A DNA stretch of 64,000 nt. It comes from Candidatus Bipolaricaulota bacterium (lineage in GTDB: Bacteria > Patescibacteriota > Patescibacteriia > UBA11705 > DATKZF01). The notes below the pieces were generated by a model. It saw only the letters and a program-made list of their open reading frames with translations, was not told the DNA's origin and did not search any database. Position numbers and translations under genes: made by a program. Location: assembly GCA_035528115.1 (NCBI GenBank), contig DATKZF010000002.1, forward strand, positions 69,751 through 133,750, read 5' to 3'. Shown one piece after another: positions 45,708-55,562 of this stretch; within the stretch, counting starts at the first letter, position 1, and every line of letters begins with the position of its first letter.

Positions 45708-46094
45708 ATGACCGAACCCCGGATCCCTGCGATCATTAGAGCTTGGCTCCGGGCCAATCCGGCCATGGCTGAGCTCATCGATGAGTACGTAGCAAAAAGG
45801 CGCATCAGTGAAATCGGCAAAGCGCTCCTGCTCGAACATTTGGTTCCGCTGATCCAAGCAAAGCCTTTTAACAACACTGAATGCTCGCTGTCATTTCGAC
45901 AGTATACGGCAGAACAAGCGAACTTTCAAGAGCTTATCGGACAATTGCCGGCCGAGAGGCAAGGATTGATCTTTACCATAGGGGTCAGATTCACGGCGGA
46001 TGTTCGCGAAAAGATTAAAGACGAAAACGAACGCCGCTGGCTGAAAGCCTTATTTTCCGGCCTGGCCATGGCGGCGTCGCCGATCGAAACATAA
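45708..46094 (+). CDS. GC-rich orphan hypothetical protein (about 129 aa)
   Basis: AAGGAGGAG lies 5 nt before the ATG at 45708. No family recognised. Confidence 0.4.
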   Translation: MTEPRIPAIIRAWLRANPAMAELIDEYVAKRRISEIGKALLLEHLVPLIQAKPFNNTECSLSFRQYTAEQANFQELIGQLPAERQGLIFTIGVRFTADVREKIKDENERRWLKALFSGLAMAASPIET

Positions 46095-46132
46095 AAGAGA
46101 GCTCATAAACTCTCTTTTTCAAATACTTTATT

Positions 46133-47416
46133 TTATGCGGCCAGTCTGACAGTCATGCCCACTTCGGTCAAATCATCAATTTTTGTATCAGCTTCTCCAT
46201 CCTCTTTCTTTCTATCCTCAGCTTCTTTGAATTCTCTTGAAAGCTGGCTATTGATTACTTTAAAATCAACCGAATTTTTTATGCTTTGCTCCAATTCTTT
46301 TCGCGTTCTATTATCAGACAAACCATCGGAAGCTGCAAAAACCATGTCTCCGTCTTCGAGCGTTATCCAGGCCAAATCCAAATCTTCTTTTTTATAATTT
46401 TTATTGCCAACGCCTCTATCAACCATGCTTCTCATTTTTTTATAAACATCCACCAAATCTTCCGAATCTACATTTTTAAATTCTCCGGCCACGCGAGATG
46501 CGTCCTCAACCGTTTCGCACGCTGACAATTTTTTAATCGCTTTGCTCATCGTCTCAGCTCCGATTTGATCGAATTTGGCGCCCAGCACTCCTCTGCCCAA
46601 AGCAATGGCATAATTGGACAATTTATTCGGGTCATCGGTTTCAGCCACCACCTTCAACGCGTTATGATCTCGGCTGACTTGCTCCAGCCGGCCATCTTTT
46701 CTTCTCACGTAAATGGGACTGTCGCCCAGCCAGCCGGCGCAGGCCATAAGCTTGCCCGGAGCGGATTCAACGACTTTCACGAACGAAACCGTAGTTGACG
46801 AACCCGGCGCGTTCTTTAGCACCAAATCATTAATGCCCTCTTTTTTATTTTCACTAACTTTGTCTCCGCTAAAAATTTTTCTCAAATTAGCTTCATATTT
46901 TTTGCGATCGCCGTCGAATTCAGCCAAAAGCAATTCCTTATACAAGGCTTCGGACGCGATCCTGCTGGCGAGCTCCCCTTTTTGTCTGCCTCCCATACCA
47001 TCACACACTCCAAGCAATCCGGCCTCCGGATCAAAAAAGGCCGTGTCTTGATTAAACATATGTTTATCGTCGGGGGCTTTTTCTTTGGTAAAGCCGAAAC
47101 ATGACGCTTCAAATGTCCCGTTGCCTTCAACATTAATAATTCCGGACTTTTCCACAAATTTATTTTCCGGCAAGGCCGGGTAAGCGTATTGTTCGTTCAA
47201 TTTTCTGTTGGCGTCCATTCTGACCTGTTTTTCTATTTCTTCTTGCGGCAGAGGCGGCATCTCCACGGCTTCGACCATCTCAGGCTCTATTTCTTCATAA
47301 ATGTCTTCGTCTCCCAAAGCGATCTCCTCTTCGGCCAAATCGCCGACTTTCGGCGACTTTGGCATTTGCGGGATCGGCAAATGAGGTTTGTTGATGCCCG
47401 GCATTTCAAAAGTCAT
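46133..47416 (-). CDS. PP2C-family Ser/Thr protein phosphatase with long acidic N-terminal extension
   Basis: LLGVCDGMGGRQKGELASRIASEAL (the DGxGG metal site) and FAASDGLSDN (the C-terminal Asp motif) are present. Confidence 0.7.
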   Translation of the reverse strand: MTFEMPGINKPHLPIPQMPKSPKVGDLAEEEIALGDEDIYEEIEPEMVEAVEMPPLPQEEIEKQVRMDANRKLNEQYAYPALPENKFVEKSGIINVEGNGTFEASCFGFTKEKAPDDKHMFNQDTAFFDPEAGLLGVCDGMGGRQKGELASRIASEALYKELLLAEFDGDRKKYEANLRKIFSGDKVSENKKEGINDLVLKNAPGSSTTVSFVKVVESAPGKLMACAGWLGDSPIYVRRKDGRLEQVSRDHNALKVVAETDDPNKLSNYAIALGRGVLGAKFDQIGAETMSKAIKKLSACETVEDASRVAGEFKNVDSEDLVDVYKKMRSMVDRGVGNKNYKKEDLDLAWITLEDGDMVFAASDGLSDNRTRKELEQSIKNSVDFKVINSQLSREFKEAEDRKKEDGEADTKIDDLTEVGMTVRLAA

Positions 47417-47532
47417 ATTTTTTCAATTAATAATCAATGTTCAAATTATATCAAAAAGCGACTTATTCGACAATTTCTCAACTTTCAAAAATCCAAAAAG
47501 AGTGCTAAACTGAATTTTAGAATACCAACAAT

Positions 47533-47931
47533 ATGCTAGCCTCAATTCACCAAATTTTCGAAAATTTCAAAGCCAGCCCGGCCAGAAAAAACAAGCTGAT
47601 AATCATTTGCTCGATTATCGGACTTTTGATCAATCTGGGCATCTGGGCTCTTTTGTTATTTAAATTTCGACCTATCGCTCTGGCCAATCCGGAAAAATTA
47701 TCCTTGCCGCTTCATTACAATATTTATTGGGGCATTGATCTTTACGGACAATGGTATCAGAGTTTGTACGTTCCGGCCTTGGGCTTGGGAATTTTAATAG
47801 TCAATTTCATTTTGGCCATTTATTTTTACAGCAAAAAAATCATGGTCAGTTATTTTTTCTCTTTCGCCACTTTGCTGACTCAATCATTCCTGGCCATCGC
47901 GACACTATTAACAATTTTAATAAATATCTAA
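47533..47931 (+). CDS. Small integral membrane protein upstream of mraY
   Basis: 132 aa with 3-4 hydrophobic helices. Its stop is adjacent to the mraY start. Confidence 0.4.
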   Translation: MLASIHQIFENFKASPARKNKLIIICSIIGLLINLGIWALLLFKFRPIALANPEKLSLPLHYNIYWGIDLYGQWYQSLYVPALGLGILIVNFILAIYFYSKKIMVSYFFSFATLLTQSFLAIATLLTILINI

Positions 47932-47932
47932 T

Positions 47933-48982
47933 ATGGAAACAGCTCTCGTTTTTAAAATCGCTTTACTTGCCACTTTGGCTTTCGTCTTCGCCATTGCCTG
48001 GACGCCGGCGCTGACTCATTTTTTGTATAAATACAAATTGGGCAAGCAAATCAGGGACAGCAAAGAAACGCCAATTTTCTCAAAACTACACAAAGAAAAA
48101 GCGGGCACGCCGACCATGGGCGGCATTATCATTTGGTTGTCCGTTTTAATCATCGCGGTTGTCTTTTTCTTATTGGCGGCGTTCACCAACATTGAAATCT
48201 TCCAAAAATTAAACTTTTTAACCAGAGCGCAAACTCTTTTACCTCTCGGCGTCTTGATCATCAGCGCGCTCATCGGATTGGTCGACGATTATTTGGGCGT
48301 TCGAAAAATCGGGCCGCACGGCGGCGGCCTGAGCATGGGCATGCGGCTCGGTGTTTATTTCATTATCGCCTTGATCGGCGCGTTTTGGTTTTATTTCAAA
48401 CTGGACTGGGATGTTTTTCACGTGCCTTTTATCGGCAATTTCAATATCGGCTGGTGGTATATACCGGTTTTCATCTTCGTCATCGTGGCCACTTCTTTTT
48501 CCATCAATGAAACCGACGGCCTCGACGGCTTGGCCGGCGGAACATTGGTCACCGCCTTCGCGGCTTTCGGCGCCATCGCTTTCACTCAGGGCAAATTCGA
48601 GCTGGCCACTTTTTGCGGAGTAATAGTGGGCGCGCTTTTGGCTTTTTTATGGTTCAATATCAATCCGGCCAGATTTTTCATGGGCGATACCGGAGCCATG
48701 GCGCTAGGCGTCACTTTGGGCGTAGTGGCCATGCTGACCAATACCGCGCTGTTGCTTTTAATCATCTGTCTGATTCCCGTTTTGGAATCCTTATCGGTCA
48801 TCATTCAATTAACTTCTAAAAAGATCCGCAAGAAAAAAGTCTTTCTCTCCGCTCCCATTCACCATCACTTTCAAGCGCTGGGCTGGTCCGAACCGAAAAT
48901 CGTCATGCGCTTCTGGTTGATCTCCGGAGTGGCCGCGGTCATCGGAGTAATCATATCGTTGATGGATCAGGGGTGGTATTGA
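47933..48982 (+). CDS. mraY: Phospho-N-acetylmuramoyl-pentapeptide transferase
   Basis: 349 aa, about 10 TM. KAGTPTMGGIIIW, LIGLVDDYLG and GDTGAMALG are MraY motifs. Confidence 0.9.
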   Translation: METALVFKIALLATLAFVFAIAWTPALTHFLYKYKLGKQIRDSKETPIFSKLHKEKAGTPTMGGIIIWLSVLIIAVVFFLLAAFTNIEIFQKLNFLTRAQTLLPLGVLIISALIGLVDDYLGVRKIGPHGGGLSMGMRLGVYFIIALIGAFWFYFKLDWDVFHVPFIGNFNIGWWYIPVFIFVIVATSFSINETDGLDGLAGGTLVTAFAAFGAIAFTQGKFELATFCGVIVGALLAFLWFNINPARFFMGDTGAMALGVTLGVVAMLTNTALLLLIICLIPVLESLSVIIQLTSKKIRKKKVFLSAPIHHHFQALGWSEPKIVMRFWLISGVAAVIGVIISLMDQGWY

Positions 48983-49101
48983 TCATGGATCACATAACAC
49001 GTAGCAATGAAACAATGGAGCAATTTTTTCTCCAACCCCAATTTCTAGTTTCCAGTTTCTATTTTCCCATTCCGCATTACTTTTTACTCATTACTTAACT
49101 T

Positions 49102-50523
49102 ATGGAATTCCCGAATTTTAAAGGCAAAAAAGTCACGGTCATGGGCCTCGGCTTATTGGGGCGCGGCTTGCTTGATACCAAATTTTTCGTAAAACATGGC
49201 GCCATTGTCACGGTTACGGATTTGAAAACGGAAGAAGAATTGGCCTCGTCATTGAAAGAATTAGCCGGTCTGCCCATCAAATACACGCTGGGCAAACACG
49301 TCGATGAGGATTTTACGAGCGCGGATTTGATTTTAAGAAACGCGGACGTGCCGGCAAACTCGCCTTTTTTGAAAGTCGCAATAGACGCGGGCGTCGAAAT
49401 AGAAATGGATGAATCGCTATTCGCCAAATATTGCCCCTGCCCGATTATCGGCATTACCGGCACTCGAGGAAAAACAACCACCGCGACTTTGATCGCCGAG
49501 ATTTTAAAATTAACGGGAAAAAAAGTTTTTCTGGCCGGAAACATCATGGGCAAAGCGACTTTGCCGCTAATCGATGAGGCGACGGAAGATGATCTGGTCG
49601 TTTTGGAATTATCGAGCTGGCAGCTGCAAGGTTTCGGCGCGGACAAAATCAGCCCGCAAATCGCCATGGTCACCAATATTTATCCGGATCATCTCAATCG
49701 CTACGCAAACATGGCAGAATACATTGAAGACAAAAAAAATATTTACAAATACCAGCGCCAAACCGACTGCTTGATTTTGAACGCCAAAAACGAAGAGACG
49801 AAAAAAATGGCCGATGAGACCCAAGCGCAAATCATTTGGTTTGACGATGAATCAGTGCGGCCGGACTGGGATTTGAAACTGCTCGGAGTTCACAACAAAG
49901 AAAACGTGGGCGCGGCTTTGAAAGTCGCGGAAATTTTCGAACTCGACATAAAAAAAGTCCGCGAAGTTTGCGAAAATTTCAAAGGAGTGGAAAACAGATT
50001 GGAAAAAATCGCCAAAATAGACGGAGTCACCTTCGTCAATGACACCACCAGCACCACGCCCGTGGCCGGCCAAGCGGCTTTGAAGGCCTACCAAGATTTT
50101 CCGATCATTCTGATTGCGGGCGGCGCGGATAAAAAACTGGATTTATCGGATCTGGCCAAAGACATCGCGGAAAACGTCAAAGCTTGCTTTCTTTTGGAAG
50201 GAACGGCCACGGCCGAACTTAAAAAACAAATTGAGGCATTTGGCGGAGACGATGTCGCCGGAATTTACGACAACATGGATAAAGCGGTGGCCGACGCGTT
50301 TGAATCAAGCGAGGTCGGCGACGTTATCTTGCTTTCTCCGAGTCTGGCCAGCTTCGGCCTGTTTAAAAACGAATTCGATCGCGGCGATAAATTCCGCCAA
50401 GCCGTGAATAAACTAAAAAGTTTGGAAGCCGGCAGAGGCGAACAACAAATAGAAACTCAATTCGGCGAAGTATCGCCTAAACTGGAAGACGCTGAGGAAA
50501 AAAACTTGGACCAAATAAGATAA
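49102..50523 (+). CDS. murD: UDP-N-acetylmuramoyl-L-alanine--D-glutamate ligase
   Basis: The Mur ligase P-loop IIGITGTRGKTTTATLIAEIL and the N-terminal Rossmann VMGLGLLGRG are present. It sits between mraY and ftsW. Confidence 0.88.
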   Translation: MEFPNFKGKKVTVMGLGLLGRGLLDTKFFVKHGAIVTVTDLKTEEELASSLKELAGLPIKYTLGKHVDEDFTSADLILRNADVPANSPFLKVAIDAGVEIEMDESLFAKYCPCPIIGITGTRGKTTTATLIAEILKLTGKKVFLAGNIMGKATLPLIDEATEDDLVVLELSSWQLQGFGADKISPQIAMVTNIYPDHLNRYANMAEYIEDKKNIYKYQRQTDCLILNAKNEETKKMADETQAQIIWFDDESVRPDWDLKLLGVHNKENVGAALKVAEIFELDIKKVREVCENFKGVENRLEKIAKIDGVTFVNDTTSTTPVAGQAALKAYQDFPIILIAGGADKKLDLSDLAKDIAENVKACFLLEGTATAELKKQIEAFGGDDVAGIYDNMDKAVADAFESSEVGDVILLSPSLASFGLFKNEFDRGDKFRQAVNKLKSLEAGRGEQQIETQFGEVSPKLEDAEEKNLDQIR

Positions 50524-50524
50524 A

Positions 50525-51643
50525 ATGATAAAAAAACAAAAAACATCTTATCATCGACCGGATTATATTCTGATCGGTTTGTTCGGGGCGATTTTATTGT
50601 TCGGCCTGATTATTTTAACATCCGCCAGCTCAGCGGCCGGTTTTGAAAAATTCAATGACAGCTATCATTTCATCAAACAACAGCTGTTTCACGGATTTTT
50701 GCCCGGCATTGTTTTATTGATTTTGCTCTCATTGATAAATTATCAGCGCTGGAAAAAATCCATCGGTCCGTTATTTATCGTTTCTTTAATACTGCTGCTC
50801 AGCGTTTTTCTGCCCGGAGTGGGAGTGGAATACGGCGGCGCCAAAAGTTGGATCGATCTGGGAGGATTTTCATTTCAACCTTCGGAATTGGTCAAACTGA
50901 CCTTTTTGATGTATTTGTCGATCTGGTTATCCAGAAGGAATAAAGATGATATCAAAAACTTTAAATCCGGATTTTTACCATTCATCTTCATCATCGGCAT
51001 TATCTCCATTTTAATGGCTTTGCAGCCGGATATCGGCACATTGTTTGTGATCCTGGCGTCGGCGATCATTGTCTATTTCGCCTCCGGCGCCAAGATATCT
51101 CATTTGACCACCATCGCGGCCGCCGGCGCGGGCTTAATTTTATTACTGATCAAAATCTCGCCGTATCGCAGCGCCCGACTAATGACCTTCCTTCACCCGG
51201 AACTGGATCCGCAGGGCATCGGTTATCATATCAATCAAGCGTTTTTGGCCATCGGTTCGGGAGGACTTTTCGGCCGAGGATTCGGCCATTCTCGCCAGAA
51301 ATTCCAATACCTGCCCGAAGTGACCGGCGATTCCATTTTCGCGATCGTTTGCGAAGAACTCGGCTATTTTTTCGCTCTTTTGCTGATCGGACTATTCATC
51401 GCGTTGTTTATAAGAATTTTAAAAATGGCTGACAAATGTTCGGATCCCTTCGGCCGTCTCTTGGCCATCGGCATCGGCAGTTGGTTCATCGTACAGGCGT
51501 TCGTCAATGTCGCGGCCATGGTCGGCCTGGCGCCTATGACCGGCGTTCCCCTGCCGCTCGTCAGTCACGGCGGCACGGCGTTGGCCATCAATATGGCGGC
51601 TTTTGGCATTTTGATCAATATTTCCAGGCAGACTAGAGCCTGA
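50525..51643 (+). CDS. ftsW: SEDS-family peptidoglycan glycosyltransferase FtsW
   Basis: 372 aa, about 10 TM. GIGYHINQAFLAIGSGGLFGRGFGHSRQK and LPEVTGDSIFAIVCEELG are present. Its position in the mur cluster supports the call. Confidence 0.85.
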   Translation: MIKKQKTSYHRPDYILIGLFGAILLFGLIILTSASSAAGFEKFNDSYHFIKQQLFHGFLPGIVLLILLSLINYQRWKKSIGPLFIVSLILLLSVFLPGVGVEYGGAKSWIDLGGFSFQPSELVKLTFLMYLSIWLSRRNKDDIKNFKSGFLPFIFIIGIISILMALQPDIGTLFVILASAIIVYFASGAKISHLTTIAAAGAGLILLLIKISPYRSARLMTFLHPELDPQGIGYHINQAFLAIGSGGLFGRGFGHSRQKFQYLPEVTGDSIFAIVCEELGYFFALLLIGLFIALFIRILKMADKCSDPFGRLLAIGIGSWFIVQAFVNVAAMVGLAPMTGVPLPLVSHGGTALAINMAAFGILINISRQTRA

Positions 51644-51732
51644 ATCATGGAGCATAGATCACATATCATGAAACATGGAACATAAAACAAAAGAGCAGAG
51701 AGACAAAGAAACATGGAAACAAGGCCGCCGCT

Positions 51733-51828
51733 GTTGTCATCTCGACCGAAGTCGTCCGAAGCTTTCTTGTCCATAGTAGTTTTAGCGCGGACATAAGCGA
51801 AGGACGACGAAGCGGAGAGATCTTTTCC
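51733..51828. repeat. MITE-like palindromic element, copy 1 (GTTGTCATCTCGACCGAAGTCGTCCGAAGC ... GAAGGACGACGAAGCGGAGAGATCT)
   Basis: It has internal 7-bp arms GTCGTCC/GGACGAC. A near-identical element lies at 53522-53607, where a CCTGCCTGCCGGCAGGCAG palindrome is nested inside it. Confidence 0.65.
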
Positions 51829-51929
51829 TAATTTTTCGAAATAGATTTCTCCATTCCCAGTTTCTATTTTCCAATTTCCGGTTTCCGGAAATAAAAAAGC
51901 CCGCCAATTCGGCGGATCTTTTTATCAAA

Positions 51930-53105
51930 TTATTTAGGCGACATTTGCCTGAGTTTTTCAATAATACCCGGCAAAACTTTCAAAAATTGTCTGACTTCAA
52001 CTTCCGTGTTGAACCGACCGAGCGTTATTCTCAAACTGCCGTGAGACCATTCCGGTTTTATGCCCATGGCCGTGAGAACATGCGAGGAGGACAATGACCC
52101 GGAAGAACAAGCCGAGCCCGTGGAGACGGCAATGCCTTCCATGTCGAGAAGCATCAAAATGCTCTCGCCTTCCGCGCCTTTGAAACTGATATTCAAATTA
52201 TTCGGCAAACGATGTTCCAAACTGCCGTTTATTTTAGTGTCCTTTATTTTCAATATTTCTTCAGCCAGTTTGTCCTGCAAACTTTTCACTTTTTTTACGT
52301 TGGCCGCCCTGTTTTTTTCCGCCATCTCCATGGCTTTGGCCAAACCGACGTTGAGCGCCACGTTAATGGTGCCCGGTCTGAGGCCGCCTTCCTGATGGCC
52401 GCCAAAAGTGATCGGTGAAATTTTCGTGTTGTTTCTGATGAATAAAAGTCCCACGCCTTTGGGACCGAAAATTTTCTGCCCGGAAATCGTCAATAAATCG
52501 CACCCGAGGTAATTCACTTTGCAAGGCAAATAATTAAACGCTTGCGCCGCGTCCGTGTGCAAATAAATCGGCAAATCCTTGTCCGTTCTTTTTTCTCTGG
52601 CTTCGGCCACGATTTTGGCGATTTCTTCAATCGGCCACACAACGCCGATTTCATTATTGGCGTACATGATTGACACGAGCGCCGTATCCTTTTTTATTTT
52701 GGCTTTCAACTCATCCAATTTAATCATGCCTTCATGATCAACGCCGATAATATCAACTTCGCAACCTCTGTTTTTAAGTTCTTTGAATGTTTCCAAAACC
52801 GCCGGATGCTCAATGGCGCTGGTTATAAAATGAGGTTTTTTGTCTTTGAAACTTTCGTAAACGCCCAAAATAGCCAAGTTGTTGCTTTCGGTCGCGCCCG
52901 AAGTAAAAATGGCTTCCTTTGGCTGACATCCCAAAATATCGGCGATTTTTTCTCTAGCCTCGGTCAACGCGGCCTCGGCTTCCTGGCCGAAGGAATGAAT
53001 CGAGGAAGGATTGCCGAATTTTTCGGTAAAAAACGGCAGCATGGCCTCGAGCACTTGCGGATCGACCTTGGTGGTCGCCGCGTTATCGAAATAAATTCTA
53101 TTCAT
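51930..53105 (-). CDS. iscS: Cysteine desulfurase (NifS/IscS class)
   Basis: SGATESNNLAI, HTDAAQA and the PLP-Lys context SGQKIFGPKGVGLLFIR are present, as is the catalytic Cys loop SSGSACSSGS. Confidence 0.88.
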   Translation of the reverse strand: MNRIYFDNAATTKVDPQVLEAMLPFFTEKFGNPSSIHSFGQEAEAALTEAREKIADILGCQPKEAIFTSGATESNNLAILGVYESFKDKKPHFITSAIEHPAVLETFKELKNRGCEVDIIGVDHEGMIKLDELKAKIKKDTALVSIMYANNEIGVVWPIEEIAKIVAEAREKRTDKDLPIYLHTDAAQAFNYLPCKVNYLGCDLLTISGQKIFGPKGVGLLFIRNNTKISPITFGGHQEGGLRPGTINVALNVGLAKAMEMAEKNRAANVKKVKSLQDKLAEEILKIKDTKINGSLEHRLPNNLNISFKGAEGESILMLLDMEGIAVSTGSACSSGSLSSSHVLTAMGIKPEWSHGSLRITLGRFNTEVEVRQFLKVLPGIIEKLRQMSPK

Positions 53106-53108
53106 AAA

Positions 53109-53345
53109 TTAAACGGTTACGTTAATAACCTCAGTCACCTCTTTGATTTTTGTTTTCAAATTTTTCTCAACCAATTTTTGCAAAGTCAATGTAGCCATGG
53201 GACAATGCGCGCAATGTCCGGCCAATCTGACTTTGACTTGGCCGTTTGAGGCGTCGGCCTCGACCAATTCAATATCGCCTCCATCGGCTTGAAGATGCGG
53301 TCTTATTTCGTTGATGACTTGTTCGACTTGTTCTTTAAATTCCAT
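53109..53345 (-). CDS. NifU-like (Nfu C-terminal domain) Fe-S cluster carrier
   Basis: 78 aa with the GHCAHCPMA CxxC motif in an Nfu fold. Confidence 0.75.
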   Translation of the reverse strand: MEFKEQVEQVINEIRPHLQADGGDIELVEADASNGQVKVRLAGHCAHCPMATLTLQKLVEKNLKTKIKEVTEVINVTV

Positions 53346-53500
53346 ATTACGAATAATTAATTCTATTAGGATTAAGCTTGGTTTAGGTTTATCTGTTTGC
53401 TACGAATCGCTGCCGCTGATTAGCTTGACTTGACCTTGAAAGCTACGAATAATTAAATCTATTAGGATTAAGCTTGGTTTTTAATTTATGGTTTAGGCCC
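53346..53500 (+). repeat. Two copies (period about 98 bp) of TACGAATAATTAA(T/A)TCTATTAGGATTAAGCTTGGTTT between nfu and iscU
   Basis: Read directly at about 53346-53395 and 53441-53490. It is followed by the MITE-like element at 53522-53607. Confidence 0.7.
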
Positions 53501-53521
53501 TATTACGAATAAACAAAAGAA

Positions 53522-53607
53522 GTTGTCATCTCGACCGCCTGCCTGCCGGCAGGCAGGAAGTCGTCCGAAGCTGAGGCGAAGGATGACGAAGTGGAGAGAT
53601 CTCTTTT
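53522..53607. repeat. MITE-like palindromic element, copy 2, with nested CCTGCCTGCCGGCAGGCAGG palindrome
   Basis: GTTGTCATCTCGACCG[CCTGCCTGCCGGCAGGCAG]GAAGTCGTCCGAAGCTGAGGCGAAGGATGACGAAGTGGAGAGATCTC. Confidence 0.65.
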
Positions 53608-53627
53608 TGTAATCCTTAAAATCTCGC

Positions 53628-53996
53628 CTACTTGCCACTGACTCTATACTTGTCAATGCCATCTTTCAGCGCCTTGGTAGCCAGAATCGAACAATGATAT
53701 TTGACCGGCGGCAAATCGCCGAGTGAATCGACAATGTCTTTGTCAGTCACTTTCAAGGCGTCTTCGAGCGTTTTTCCTTTAACCAAATCTGTCATAATAG
53801 AAGACGTGGCGATCGCGGCCGCGCAGCCCAAAGTCTCGAATTTTATGTCATCGATTTTATCGTCCTTTATTTTCAAATAAATTTTCATAATATCGCCGCA
53901 ACGCATGTTCCCGGCCTCGCCAACCGCATCGGCATCGTCAATTGTGCCTTGATTATGCGGATTGGTGAAGTGCTCAAGTACTTTTTTTGAATACAT
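53628..53996 (-). CDS. iscU: Fe-S cluster assembly scaffold IscU/NifU N-terminal domain
   Basis: 122 aa. The three conserved Cys lie in GNMRCGDIMK, LGCAAAIATSS and KYHCSILA. Confidence 0.85.
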   Translation of the reverse strand: MYSKKVLEHFTNPHNQGTIDDADAVGEAGNMRCGDIMKIYLKIKDDKIDDIKFETLGCAAAIATSSIMTDLVKGKTLEDALKVTDKDIVDSLGDLPPVKYHCSILATKALKDGIDKYRVSGK

Positions 53997-54141
53997 ATAT
54001 TAAGTCGTTAAAATTTAAGGTATTAACAATATAACAAAAAAGGGCTTAAAAGTCAAAGATATGACCTTAAAAAATCAAAAGCTCTTCCGAAAAGATCCGG
54101 AAGAGCTGGCCCTTGAGATTTGACTCGAAGGGCTGTGTGTT

Positions 54142-55236
54142 CTAGTCGACGTCTGCCGCGGGGAATGCCCCGGACAAGAAGTTCTCGGACTCGGCCGCCT
54201 TGGCCAGGTCCTGCTCGATCAACTTCGCCCAGAGCTCGACGACCGTGAGCGGGAGCTCGAAGATGAACCGGTCGCCGCGCGCGACCATGATCTCCTCGAG
54301 CAGGCCGAGATCATCCGAATTGCCCAGCAATCCGACGGCTGTGACCGGGGTCGGGTCGCCGAAGACCGCCTTGATCTTCTCGCCGCGAATGAAGACGCCC
54401 GGAGCCACTTCGTAGCCGGGCCAGGTGTCCGTCGCCGCGGTCTGGTAGAACTGCTCGACGACCGCCCAGAAACCCTCTTCCTCGCGGAAGTACTGCTCAA
54501 CCGTCTTGAAGAAACGGCTGAGCAATCCCGGCATGAAGCGCTGGAGCAGCTGCTCCTTCGAGCAGAGCGCCTCGGACGCGGCTCCGAGCATGTGCACGTC
54601 GAGGGGGAGCAAGTGCGCGAGCTCGGGGTACTTCTCGAACACCGGCCGGAACCCGGCCGCGAGTTCGGAAGCGCTCAAGCCGAACGCCTTGTCGCCGAGC
54701 GGACCGGACTGCCGCACTTCCGTTTCCTTGAGGAAGAAGCATGGCCCGTTCAGAACCTCGAAGATGGGGTGGCCGAGCCACTCCTCCCCTGCCTTCTCGT
54801 GCAGGTAGCCGGACAGCCGAGGCAGGCCGGCCTTGATGAAGTCGGTGATCGCCGCCTCCACGCGGGCGAAGAACGCCCGCGTGCCGCCGTCGTAATGCGC
54901 TAGCAGCTGCCGGCGCCGCCACGCCTTGCGCACGTCCACTGCATGCGTTCCGCGCTCCTGCGGATCCTGCTCGCTCGAGACCTCCAGCATGCGTAGGGGA
55001 GTAGCCGCCGCCTTCTTCTCCGCCTTGGCCGCGCTGGGCGGCACGTCGATCTGGAACACCTTCGGCTCTGACTTCGGCCGAGCCTCTGGAGGAACATCGG
55101 TCTGAAAGCCGTTGCCCGCCGGTGCCGCCGCCGAGTCGAGCCGGACAGTATTCGGTCCCGGCGTGAAATGCACCGCCGGATCCACGGTCGTGCCCGGCTC
55201 CGAAAAAGAAACGCCCTTGCCCTTCTTGTCCGTCAT
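54142..55236 (-). CDS. GC-rich orphan hypothetical protein (364 aa), Ala/Pro-rich N-terminal region
   Basis: AGGAGG lies 6 nt upstream of the ATG. It is much more GC-rich than the flanks. No family recognised. Confidence 0.45.
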   Translation of the reverse strand: MTDKKGKGVSFSEPGTTVDPAVHFTPGPNTVRLDSAAAPAGNGFQTDVPPEARPKSEPKVFQIDVPPSAAKAEKKAAATPLRMLEVSSEQDPQERGTHAVDVRKAWRRRQLLAHYDGGTRAFFARVEAAITDFIKAGLPRLSGYLHEKAGEEWLGHPIFEVLNGPCFFLKETEVRQSGPLGDKAFGLSASELAAGFRPVFEKYPELAHLLPLDVHMLGAASEALCSKEQLLQRFMPGLLSRFFKTVEQYFREEEGFWAVVEQFYQTAATDTWPGYEVAPGVFIRGEKIKAVFGDPTPVTAVGLLGNSDDLGLLEEIMVARGDRFIFELPLTVVELWAKLIEQDLAKAAESENFLSGAFPAADVD

Positions 55237-55562
55237 GGTCTTCCTCCTGGTTGACGATTGATTATTCTCACAGTGATTCTCGATGAAATCGAGATATTAT
55301 AATAACAAATAACTCTTTTTTTGTCAATAATAAAAAAATGACCGAATTAAGCCACTTTTTTATCCTTTATAAACCTTTTACAATCATTATTTTCCGATCT
55401 CCCAATCGCATTTTACGCAGTTTTTCAGCGTCCGAGACGCTCGTTTCTTCATAAGGTCTGAAAACAACCCCATTTTCGGAATATTTCCTTGACATCTCTC
55501 AACTTTCTTATAAAATTACAACTAGGTGACCATTATTCATCTTCAGTGAAGGAGCGGTATCA

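Noticed and set aside
54200-55097. Multiple 65-140-aa ORFs in other frames across the 54.1-55.2 kb GC-rich gene
   Set aside because: Arg/Ser/Ala-rich off-frame artefacts. Only the 364-aa frame has AGGAGG-N6-ATG and spans the whole islet.
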